Assembly (NCBI RefSeq): GCF_001194135.2
Contig: NC_068984.1
Location: 24,511,768-24,575,767, forward strand
Direction: 5' to 3'
DNA: 64,000 nucleotides
Source of the DNA: Octopus bimaculoides
Taxonomy: Eukaryota
Shown: positions 12,019-24,900 of the stretch, piece after piece
How positions within the stretch are numbered: position 1 is the first letter of the stretch
Layout: every line of letters begins with the position of its first letter
Position numbers and translations under genes: made by a program
Notes under the pieces: generated by a model
Told to the model about the DNA's origin: nothing
Seen by the model: the letters and a program-made list of their open reading frames with translations, nothing else
The model's database searches: none

Positions 12019-14305
12019 TCCTGTACAGGTGGCATGTAAAATACACCATTTCGAGCGTGGCCGTTGCTAGTACCTCCTGACTGGCCTTCGTGCCAGTGGC
12101 ACGTAAAAGCACCCACTACACTCTCTGAGTGGTTGGCGTTAGGAAGGGCATCCAGCTGTAGAAACTCTGCCAAATCAGACTGGAGCCTGGTGTTGCCATC
12201 CGGTTTCACCAGTCCTCAGTCAAATCGTCCAACCCATGCTAGCATGGAAAGCGGACGTTAAACGATGATGATGATGATGATGATATATATCTACNNNNNN
12301 NNNNNNNNNNNNNNNNNNNNNNNNNNNNNNNNNNNNNNNNNNNNNNNNNNNNNNNNNNNNNNNNNNNNNNNNNNNNNNNNNNNNNNNNNNNNNNNNNNNN
12401 NNNNNNNNNNNNNNNNNNNNNNNNNNNNNNNNNNNNNNNNNNNNNNNNNNNNNNNNNNNNNNNNNNNNNNNNNNNNNNNNNNNNNNNNNNNNNNNNNNNN
12501 NNNNNNNNNNNNNNNNNNNNNNNNNNNNNNNNNNNNNNNNNNNNNNNNNNNNNNNNNNNNNNNNNNNNNNNNNNNNNNNNNNNNNNNNNNNNNNNNNNNN
12601 NNNNNNNNNNNTATATATATATATATATATATATATGGCTCCTGTACAGGTGGCATGTAAAATACACCATTTCGAGCGTGGCCGTTTTCGTGCGGGTGAC
12701 ACGTAAAAGCACCCACTACACTCTCTGAGTGGTTGGCGTTAGGAAGGGCATCCAGCTGTAGAAACTCTGCCAAATCAGACTGGAGCCTGGTGTTGCCATC
12801 CGGTTTCACCAGTCCTCAGTCAAATCGTCCAACCCATGCTAGCATGGAAAGCGGACGTTAAACGATGATGATGATGATGATGATATATATCTACATCAAG
12901 TTGAGATTTCCTTTGGTGTTTTCATGGCAACAGAAAAACAGAAACAACAAACTCAGAGCAGCAATGGAGTGAAGCCTCAACTTGAAATAAGTGAATAAAT
13001 CCCTACTTGTTTTGAGTAATTTTTTTTACCCATTTGTAAATTCAGATGTATGTGCATACTCTCTCTCTCTCTCTCTCTCTCATACACACACACACACACA
13101 CACACACAGAGATTTAAATCAATTTGCTTTTTTATATTTTAATTTTTTCTTGATATTTGATATATTAAAATCTGGCAATTGTTATTGGTTGTCACATGTC
13201 ATCACAGATCAACAAACAGTTCACTGGTTTTTAACAAGAGCTTTGACTTTGGCTAGAATCATTTATTTGGAGTGCCTTTGGCTGATGAGACATAGCAATG
13301 TTGAAACACTGGCTCTCCCAGAGTCTTTGCACTAATGACTCATAAGTGTTATGAATACACATTGGTTCTAATGGAGAAGTTGTTCTGTGATGAAACACAA
13401 CAATTAACATACTCACACTGCTGTTGCTCCTGACACTCTCTATTAGATGACGTTTCAGCAAAGAATTAATTCATTCAACATTAAATGAGGCAAATGAATT
13501 TTTAAATTAATACAACACTATTTTATGTCTCATTAAAGATGTCAAAACAGGAGCATATAGTCTTCATTAAAGATATAATATTTTGTAAAATGTTACTTTA
13601 CATTTTCAGTCTCCCAGAGAATCACATCCTTCCTTTTGATGCAAAAGACAATTTCTGGGAAATGGGAGAAACTGGTCCCTGTGGGCCTTGTTCAGAGATT
13701 CATTTTGACAGAATTGGTGGACGAGATGCCAGCCACTTAGTAAATATGGATGATCCTAATGTCCTTGAGATTTGGAACTTGGTTTTCATTCAGTTCAACA
13801 GGTGAGTATCATTCTATCACTCTTTCACGCATAAACTCTCTCAGTTTTATTATTATTATTATTTTATGTTTGACTTTTGTTTTACATTTGTACAAGTTGG
13901 ATCCAAGTCTCACCCAGAGACCTCAAGAGACAACAAGTTAGAAGTTCATGTAGGTGTTATGCCTAGGGTACCATATATTTGGATTTATACAGTTTTGTTC
14001 TAGTGAATGTTTAAGAAACCATAAGAAAATTATGTGTTTGTTTCAAAATTTGAGATCACATAGACAGTATTTTACGTAGGATATGGGCAGTTCCCATGAG
14101 CACTATCTTTTGAACTTCAGCCATTTTGGGGTTTCCTGGTATCTGAGCTAGGTAGTAATCAGCCTGTTTCGCTGTCATTCCCAGGGCACCTATGACAATA
14201 GGTATTGTTTTCGTTTTCAGATTCCACATTTTGCTAATTTCTATTTCAAGATCTTTATATTTGCTCAGTTTTTGGTAGGTCTTGACAGATACGTTATTAT
14301 TATTA

Positions 14306-14340
<35 letters not shown>

Positions 14341-17300
14341 TGAGAGAGCAGTGCATGCCATCAACATGACACTGGGGTAAAGTATACGAAGCCCAGTATA
14401 CCCATCATGACTTCCCATTTGATAAGGGTACACCAGGCACATACATCACAACCATATGTGTGCAACATGGTGATCTCATATCAAGATAAACAGTGCATAA
14501 CCTTGCCGATGGATCCCAGTTAGTGAGTGAATGCCTGCTACTGATGAAGTGCAAACATGCTGATCTCACATGCTCTAGCAGTTCCACCACCAGTGTTGGA
14601 CTATTTCTCGTCTGCTACCAACATCAATATGTCTGTACTTCTTAGCACTAAATGTCTATATGAGAATATTTCTCAAGGCATTTTAACAATATATCCACAT
14701 TAAGTAGGATATAAAAATTGCCATAAGTACCAGTTGAACACTGGGATTGATGTAGGTCCTCTCCTGAAATTGCTAGTTTTGTGCTAAAATTTGAAACCAC
14801 TATAGTTATGTATAGTCTTTTTTAACATGTTTGTGTACATCCAGACATGGAAAGACAAAACACTGAGTGTTGGGCCTGACAGAGGAGAGGTGGCTGAGTT
14901 CCTTTCGAGTGTTGGGCCTCGTGGAGGCAATGACCAAGACCTTTGGCATTATGTCATGCTTGAGAATAAGACCCATCAAGCCGAGCAAATTTAAAGTTGT
15001 GGCAGATACCGGTGTCATGCAAATTGGCACCCATGCCAGTGACACGTAAAAGTTCCCGTTACACTCTCAGAGTGGTTGGTTGGCATTAGGAAGGGCATCC
15101 AGCTGTAGAAAACCATGTCAAATCAGACTGGATCCTGGTGCAACCATCCAACCCATGCCAGCATGGACAATGGACGTTAAATGATTATGATGAAACGTTA
15201 AATAACACTATACATAATTATATTTCATTCAACACTGCTTAATGCACTTTTATCAATTTTTTGTATTAATATTTTTATAAAGCTGATTTTATTCTGTTCT
15301 TTGTCTCCTCACCATCATTTGATATTATTGACACATATTCTTTTTTATTTATCAAACAGAGAAGCTGATAGTTCATTATCTAATTTGCCCAAAAAGCATA
15401 TTGACTGTGGTATGGGTTTTGAGAGATTGGTCTCTGTACTGCAGGAAAAAATGTCCAATTATGATACAGATGTATTTACACCAATTTTTGAGGCAATTCA
15501 AAAGGTATGTCATAATAGATGTTTAGTAGAAAGTGGGTTATACATCTTTAGATTGTATACCTGACTTTCTACTATAAAATTAAGGAAATAGACGGAATGC
15601 TGAACTCCAGACTAAACAACTCAAACAACATTTATTTACTTGGTAAAACATACATATCTTTAGTTATACATCTTTAGAGGTGAGAATAACGAGCTGTCGA
15701 GTATAAGACCGAAAGATGTAGGGACAGCTTTTAAACACACGTCCATGCTCAATCGCTGGCCAGCGAGAAAGAGAATGAATTGAGCGGGAAACGCTTGCTT
15801 GTTTAATTCTACGCATGCGTAAGACTACGCATGCGCAGGCGTTACTACAGATGTTTGCTGTTATGTGTTTTATTTTTTACTTTTTTCAGTCGTTGGAACG
15901 TGGCCATTCTGGGCCACCTTTCAGTGTTTTTAGTTAAACAGATCAATCCCAGTACTTATTTTAAGGTCTGGTACATATTCTATTGATCTCTTTTGCTGAA
16001 CTACTAAGATAGAGAATGTAAACATTCAGCACCAGTTGTCAAATGGTGGTGACAAACAGACTCTAAGCCCCCCACCATCACCACATGACAAGCTTTCACA
16101 CAGTTTTTGTCTATCAAACTCTCTCATAAGACATTGGTCAGCTCAGAGTTATAGTAGAAGACACTTGCCCAAAGTGCTGTGCAGTGGGACTGAACCTGAA
16201 ACCATGTGGTTGCAAAGCTATCTTCTCAACCATACAGCTAAGCCTTCTCCTGTTTCTACAAGATTTTATTTTGAGATTGTCAGAGCAGTTGTCTGGCTTC
16301 CGTGCCAATGGCACGTTAATAGCACCATTTGAGCGTGATCGTTACCAGCATCGCCTTACTGGCACTTGTGCCAGTGGCACGTGAAAAAACATTCGAGCAA
16401 GGTCATTACCAGTGCCGCTGGACTGGCTCCTGTGCAGGTGGCACGTAAAAAGCACCATTTTGAGCGTGGCCGTTGCCAGTACCGCCTGACTGGCCCTCGT
16501 GCTGGTGGCACGTAAAAGCACCCACTACACTCTCAGAGTGGTTGGCGTTAGGAAGGGCATCCAGCTGTAGAAGCTCTGCCAGATCAGATTGGAGCCTGGT
16601 GCAGCCATCTGGTTCGCCAGTCCTCAGTCAAATCGTCCAACCCATGCTAGCATGGAAAGCGGATGTTAAACAATGATGATGATGATGATGGTAACCATTT
16701 ATAAATCAAATAAATGTATATCTAAGCTGTTGGTTTTGTGCAATAACGACATGGTCTTGAATTCCCAAATGGCATTATAGAGAGTGTCCAGATTTTTGTC
16801 CTTGTACAATTCTCTTAAATAAAATATGGATGGGTGTACACAAAAGTGTGTGATTAAGAAGTTCTCTTTGCAACACATGATTTAAGCCCCCACTATGCAT
16901 CACCCTTTGCAAATGTATGTATCTGTGTGTGTGTAGCCTACTTTTGACGTAATATGATGGTAGTTAGTAAATGAGCATCACTTTCATACTAGCAATGTTG
17001 TTCGTTTCCAGTCTTCCATAAAAAATATGTCTGGTCATGGGAAAATGTAACTTTTGCTTGGAAACAGATGGGGGTTGGCAACAAGAAGGGCATCTGACTG
17101 TAGAAAATCTACCTCAAGAAATTCCGTCTGACCCATGCAAGCATAGAAGAATGGATGTTAAATGATGATGATGGTGATATTTTTTCCTTAAATTAAGCTG
17201 AAGTGATGTATGTTGTGTTGAAGGATGAAGCAGAGACTAAAAGCTTGGGGAAAATATATTGGAAGTTACATGTAGGAGTGAAGAGTTTATGGGATGTAGA

Positions 17301-18879
17301 TGACCTGGCCAAGAGGTTAGTTGTAGGGTTTTGAAGGTCACAAGATTGGCAAAAGAGGAAATGAATGAAAAAAAAAATTAGAAAAGAGATTATCATTAGT
17401 TATGTACTCTTTTACTGGTTTCAGTCATTTGACTGTGGCCATGCTGGAGCACTGCCTTTAGTCGAGCAAATTGACCCCAGGACTTATTCTTTGTAAGCCT
17501 AGTACTTATTCTATTGGTCTCTTTTGCTGAACTTCTAATTTACGGGGACGTAAACACACCAGCATCGGTTGTCAAGCGATGTTGGGTGAGACAAACACAA
17601 ACACACACACATACATATATACATATATGACGGGCTTCTTTCAGTTTCCGTCTACCAAATCCACTCAAGGCTTTGGTCGGCCCGAGGCTATAGTAGAAGA
17701 AACTCGCCCAAGGTGCCACGCAGTGGGACTGAACCCGGAACCATGTGGTTGGTAAGCAGGCTACTTACGACACAGCCACTCCTACGCCTATATATTTATT
17801 TACACTTCACTCGTCATCATCATTTAACATCCACATTGCATGGATCAGACAGAATTTGTTGAAGAAGATTTTTTTACAGTTGGATGCCTTTCCTGTTGCC
17901 AATCCTCACCCGTTTCCAAGCAAGGCATTATTTTCTCACTGAAGACTGGAAATGAACAGCTTCACTTGTATAATGATGACGGTCATTTACAACCATCATG
18001 TGATGTCCAGACATGTGTCTGGTATATAGCATCTCATGTTATATCACGAGTGTGTTTCATTCTATTTGTGATGTCCAGTATTCCCAAGTTTGTGTGAGCT
18101 ACTTCATTCTTCCATCTTCATTGAGATGCTTGATGAAGCGGTACTATGAGTACTTTTCATCCAGCAGGTATTAGCCAGTTTGTTGTTTTTTACCTTATTA
18201 TCGGTATTATAAATACTAATATTTATTGAATTTAATTATATAACCTAGTTATAACAATTTCTTGGTAATATAACCTAGTCTTGATATGTTTCCTGTGTGT
18301 CTAGGGGACTGATTGCCCTGTATACAGTGGTAAAATTGGTGCTGAGGATGTGGATGGAATTGACATGGCCTACCGAGTACTTGCAGATCATGCCCGAACA
18401 TTGACAGTAGCTTTGTCTGATGGAGGACGACCAGACAACAGTGGTCGTGGGTAAGGTTTTACTCCCTTCTTTATATTACGTTTTTAGAAACATTTGATGT
18501 GAAACAACTGACAGATGAGGTATTGGATTCTTGTCCAATTAATTGTGAACTTGTATCTTGTAGTAAAGTACTCTTGTGGACATGCTTACAAAATCAAAAA
18601 CCAACACAGCACCCACACCTTTCGGAAACCTTTTTTTCACACTCAAAATTGCTGAAGCATGGAATAAACTACCTGCATCAGTAGTTGGCTACCGGGATAC
18701 TGCATCCTTTAAAACTTCCATGCTTCCTGAAATTTGCCAACAGTACACTTGATGTCACCCCCACCTTTTTTTAACAACTCATTCACTGTTCACTTCCTGT
18801 GCACTATTCTATGTACTTTTCATGCACTTTTGGCTGCTTCTGATGAACTGTAATGAACTTGAGCACTGTATACAATAAT

Positions 18880-18927
<48 letters not shown>

Positions 18928-21900
18928 CTTAAATCTATTTGTTAGAGATAAATGCTTTGTCTTTAATGATGCAATGATTGAGATTCTAATACACTTCAGA
19001 ACTTCCTTCAATATTCACTTGAGTTTAAACCTAAAGCTATTTAGACAGATGACTCCCTTTACACTCACATATGCACCAGCCATACCAACCAACCAACCAA
19101 CCAACCAATTAATAACTTGTTAATTGATACAGTTATAGAACCAATATTCTTTAGCCTCATTATTTGCTAATCAGTTTAGTAACATTTTGGTTTCATCTTG
19201 GATTTCTTAAAGCCCCCTCACCCTTTTGGAAATATTGGTAATCTATGATTACAATCATAATAGTTGTAGATCATTTTGTATTTGAAGTATTGTTGTTTGT
19301 TGATGCTTTAATTAAAGTATTGTTTATAAATTGTAACTAGTTGACTGTCAGCTCTATCTTTTACCATGGCTTTAATATAATTCTATATTACTATTTCAGT
19401 TATGTTTTGCGTCGTATCCTCAGGCGTGCTGTCCGCTATGCTACAGAAAAACTCCAGGCCAAACCAGGATTCTTTGCATCTCTTGTGGATACTGTTGTTG
19501 CCATTCTGGTAATGCTATAGTTATTCAGTTTATTAATGTTGTATATTAATTATGGTGAGTGCCATTAAAATAAAAGACCAATTCTTGGTCAACCAGATCT
19601 TCCTCCTCCTCTTCCTCTACCAAAGTTTTCAATTTCTTTTTTGCTGTCTCAAAGTAACTGCCTTTTGTTATTCTTTTTGTTGTTTTTTACCTCATTTTTG
19701 TTACAAACACAAGGAGTGATCAACATTGGTAAAAAAAACAAAACAACTGTTCTCTGATTATTTACTGAAATTTGTTACTGAACAACTACTGTGGTTGAAC
19801 CCATCTTCTTTAACATGTCCCTCTACACCTTGCACACAATACTTGCAACACAAGTTCTCTCTGTGGTCCACTCATATCCGTACTGCAGCAGATGAGACAA
19901 AAAAATGCAGCCTACAATGCTTGGGGAAAGTCACCCACCTCCACAAACTGGAGTGCTCCAGAACTGCATTTCTTGTAAGACCATTCGAACTGAAAAGTAT
20001 GTCTTCCTGCATCACAGCTTACAAGCTCTCCCACCTCAGAAACTAACCTGATCCTTTTGATCCTTTGCCAAAAGGAACTCTACCTACTTTGTGAAACCCT
20101 GCTTCCCTTCATTTCTCCACATTTGCTGCCTGCTATATATCCAGCTCTACACTGTACACATTAGGTGAGTCCCCTTCAGAACCATCCCTTTCCAAACCAT
20201 TAGGCTGAATCATCATGTAAACATACACACCTAGTTTGAAAGTATTGCTGGTCACTTCTAACCAAGAAGGCCACTGACCATGGCAATGTCTTTTTCAGTA
20301 TCCTCAAACAATCCACTTCAGATCTAGCCCTTCATAAAATCTTCAGTTTCTCCCACCACCCATGATACATACTGATCTTGAAACCTGCTACATGTCCTAG
20401 TCTCAAGAAGCTGCCATCTCTGTCTCACTGCCAAATACTAACCTGTTCTATTGGAGACCTACTCTCCTATATTAATCACCATTGGACTGTCACCTCCAAG
20501 AAATTTAGTGAACACTGTTCTTATTGTTGACATCACTGTTGCTTTCGCCCATGTCTGTCATGTGAATTTCTCGCCAAATCTTCCTGCCTCTGGGCTCCAT
20601 GTGTCTCTTTTGTCTTGGATTGGTAGCTTTACACTCTTGTGAAAGATGCGAATGTCACAGAATCTTTGTCTTCTTCTATAAATTTATGGCTTGTGCTTTA
20701 CTAAGAAGCCCTTACTTCCTTAATTCTTTCCATGTTTTACTATTGCTTTCAATTTATCATAAGTTAGTGTTGGAATTTTTGCAGACCTTTTATTATTATA
20801 AATGTGTTTCCTGCCACTAATTGTAATGATCACTACCAAAAGCAGTCATATTAATTATTGATTTTTTTTACTCTTATATTTTCTAATATTTTTTTTTGTT
20901 TTGTTTTTTCAATTTACAGAAATCAACTTTCCCTGAAGTTGCTAAAGATCCTCAGATGGTAAGCTCCTTGCTATTAAAATACAATAATTTTAAATATATA
21001 TGTATATCCACTGAAGAAAAAAAAAGTGTTACATTTTGCAGCATTGTCTTTTTTTTTTGAACCCCAAAATATTTCTTCACGACAGTTGTCTTAAATTCAA
21101 ATAAATTGGTTGGTAAAAAAATAAGTGGGTGTAAAATGGAGACATTAAAACATGTAGTCTTAACCTTATTTTAATCTGAAAGATTAATTAAGGTGAATGT
21201 TTTTGATCTTTTGTCTGAACTTGCTATAATAAAATTTCAAAATAATTAACTATCATGTACAATGTTAGACTAAATTATTCAATTAATATTTCAAAGTTAA
21301 TACTCTGCTGTATTACTAGTTGTTAATTAACAATATAACTGCCAAGTACTGGATATGGGTTAATTGGCATAGTGAAAGGTTGATATTTTAGCCTATTTGT
21401 TATATTTCTATATTTTCTTATATGACACAGTCATGATCTATTTGCAAAATAAAAAAGAACTTTATAGCTGATAATAAAAATGGTAAAAAGAAAACAAAAA
21501 CTTGCCACTAATATTTTTCTACATGGATCCTGTCTATTTTTTATAATTATTTTTCATTTTAGGTGAAAGATATCATTAATGAAGAAGAAAGCCAGTTTCT
21601 GAAGACACTCTCCCGTGGGCAGAGACTTTTACAAAGAAGCATTGCCAAATTAGACGGGAAGAAATCTCTTCCAGGTACTGCAGTTCTTCTATATTTATTA
21701 CATTGGGCACCTTTGTGACATTTACTCTATTAATACAAATACCATATATTTTTTTATTACTATATTTCTTTCAACCTATCATTGTTGCAGTATTTTCTTT
21801 TTTTTTTTTAATGATAAAAACAAATGTAATTCCCTAATTTTATTAAATGTGGCGATTTGTCTGCCTCTTTGCAATCCTTAGTCTCCAACAGTCCTAATCT

Positions 21901-24900
21901 TGTATAATCTTACAGACCTATCAGTCTAGCCAGCTAATTCTTGAAAAATGCAGGCATCTTAAGCTTAGTATTATATGTAACCTCTACTCCTACAAGAAAG
22001 TTATATGGAAAAGTACTAATTTCTCATCTTCTGTTTCAGGTGATATTGCATGGCGACTGTATGATACTTATGGTTTTCCAATTGACCTGACTCAACTAAT
22101 TGTTGATGAGCATGGTTTGGTAGTTGACATGGATGCCTATGAAGAAGCCCGGAAAGCTTCTCTGGTTAGTTGCAACATTTTAACAATTGTCATCGTATGC
22201 TCCGTTGGATGTGTAATGTCAATGTGAATACCCGTCAGAGAGTAAGTATCTTGAGAGAAAAGCTGAACATTAGAAGCATCAGTTGTGGCGTGCAAGAGAG
22301 ACGATTGCGCTGGTATGGACATGTGGTGAGAATGGAGGAGGATAGCTGCGTGAAAAAGTGCCACACCCTAACAGTTGAGGGAACCTGTGGAAGAGGTAGG
22401 CCCAGGAAGNNNNNNNNNNNNNNNNNNNNNNNNNNNNNNNNNNNNNNNNNNNNNNNNNNNNNNNNNNNNNNNNNNNNNNNNNNNNNNNNNNNNNNNNNNN
22501 NNNNNNNNNNNNNNNNNNNNNNNNNNNNNNNNNNNNNNNNNNNNNNNNNNNNNNNNNNNNNNNNNNNNNNNNNNNNNNNNNNNNNNNNNNNNNNNNNNNN
22601 NNNNNNNNNNNNNNNNNNNNNNNNNNNNNNNNNNNNNNNNNNNNNNNNNNNNNNNNNNNNNNNNNNNNNNNNNNNNNNNNNNNNNNNNNNNNNNTGTGCG
22701 GGTGGCACATAAAAGACACCATTTCGAGCGTGGCCGTTTTCGTGCGGGTGACACGTAAAAGCACCCACTACACTCTCTGAGTGGTTGGCGTTAGGAAGGG
22801 CATCCAGCTGTAGAAACTCTGCCAAATCAGACTGGAGCCTGGTGTTGCCATCCGGTTTCACCAGTCCTCAGTCAAATCGTCCAACCCATGCTAGCATGGA
22901 AAGCGGACGTTAAACGATGATGATGATGATTTAACATTCGTTTTCCATGCTGACATGAGTTGGGCAGTTTGACAGGAATAAGCAGGTCAGAAGACTACAC
23001 CGAGCTCTGCTGTCTGTTTTGGCATGGTTTCTATGGCTAGTTACACTTCCTGATGCCAACCACTTTACAGAGTGTACTGTGTGCTTTTTATGTGGCATTA
23101 GCAGCAGTGAGGTCACCGAGTAAGTTGCTGGACAAGACCCCTCAACTGGTCAGGAGTAGTATTGAAGAACAGAGAAGTATCTTGCATTAGATGAGAGACA
23201 TAGCTTCCTCAGATGAAGAGAGATAGAAGAGAAAAATAGTGAAGATGTAAAAGAAAGGGCAGGGGCCATACCCCTAAGTTACAGGGTAGTGTACATAGTG
23301 GGGGGAACCAGGGATTGGAGAGGGTTGATAGGCAGGTGAGTTCATAAGATTTCGAACAGAGAAAAAGAGCTAAGAATGGGATTTAATAAGAGCATATTGT
23401 GTGCAGACAGTTAGGTGGACACTTGAGGGAGAATGAAAAGGAGTGGGGAAACAGCAGTGGTGAGCCTGAGTGGGTTGTGAGAGAGGGAGGGGGTCATAGA
23501 CATAGATTTTACATTGCTGGGCAGGTCTTCTCAAGTACAGCTTATCACGAGTCACCTCAATCCTCTGTCATCTCTTCTGTGAGGCTCAATTCTATCTATT
23601 GTAAGCAATTTAGAGAACTGTATTAAAAAGTGTCTTTAATTATGTTGTGAATTTATAATGAAGGTGTAAAAAAACTTGGAGATATGCACACTGAAGATAT
23701 AGATTAGTTTCCAGGTTTTTGAAATTTCAGATCATTTACTCTTTGCTTAAGGTTTTAAGGGAATAAAACAAATGAAGATTAGTCTCAAAATATTAAAAGA
23801 TTAGTGGTCAAAATATTACAGAACCTACAAGTGGCCCAGTTTATCTCATACATAAGTATCATAGAGTAGGACCCAAAATGGTTTAGTCTATTTAAGTAAA
23901 TAGGTAACACAAAAGAACCCAAAATGGTTTAGTCTATTTAAGCAAACAGGTAACACAGAAGGATCCAAAATGGTTTTGTCTATTTAGGCAAATAGGTAGG
24001 TAACACAGTAGGAAATTTTAAGGGAAATAAGTAACAAAGAATAGAAACACTTTCAATGATTCAGTCTATGAAGCAAAATATCAGAGTTGGATCAACTCAA
24101 TGCTGCAAGAAGTGGTAATACTGTAAAATTGGTGATTAGTTCATTAGCCTGCTGTATAGTGGAGTCTTCCAAACTGATTAACTTTAGATTCTCTATGTAT
24201 AGACAGTCTTCTGTGATATTACTATGGCCAATTGGGTTATAGTGTTTACCATTATCTTATGTACAAAAATTACATGTCAGTAACTCTATGTATGGCTGGT
24301 TTGAATGCTAAAGAGTTAATCATGGTATGCTATTTAATTTTTCATGCCAGGTTTATCTTGGTGAATCATATTTTTTATTCGGCATCACTTAATTAGCAGC
24401 TATGAAATGTTATCTATAATGGTTGCACTAGTGAAAGCTAGTTTCCTAGGTTTTAGACTTGCTGTTGTTTTCTTTGTTATAACTTGCTTTACTTTTTATA
24501 TTAAAATGTCCTTTGGCATTTCTTCTTGTATAGCTTGCATCCCAAGGTGGCGGTGGAACTGCAACACAAATGGTCAGTCTCGATGTGCATGCTTTGAATG
24601 AACTTCAAACTAAGGGTGTTCCTCTCACTGATGATTTACCAAAATATAAGTATACTGCTGATGAAAATGGGAACTATGGCAAGTAACCTAATCACTAACT
24701 CTCAACAGAATTATGATTGTATTCTAAAGTACATTTTTCATTGTTTATAGCAATTATATTTCATTTTGAAAATTTATCATATGAGATCTTCATATAAAAG
24801 CTGGTGAGGTTGGATAATGTGTTTGTGAGTGTGTGTCTATGCAAATGCTTATGTATAGTATTTTGGTTGCTTCAAGTTTGTAAGATTGAATTGTAGTTCA

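Noticed and set aside
12220-12809. Long ORFs in the ORF track spanning N-gaps or microsatellites (also near 22200, 27300, 46400, 59600)
   Set aside because: They are artefacts of N runs, (TA)n/(CAT)n repeats and repeat consensus sequence, with no protein family signal.
15400-15430. Motif 3 reads IDCGMGFER rather than IDTGMGLER
   Set aside because: I recall the same variant in other protostome AlaRS such as Drosophila, so it is probably lineage-normal.
18967-18975. Third TGATGCAAT motif
   Set aside because: It is isolated deep in an intron and consistent with background frequency.
19720-20640. GC-richer stretch with short ORFs
   Set aside because: No splice-consistent exon or recognisable motif. 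It is probably a decayed retroelement that I cannot assign.
23866-24012. Regular repeats as a possible CRISPR array
   Set aside because: The units are contiguous with no unique spacers, the context is eukaryotic, and there are no cas genes.
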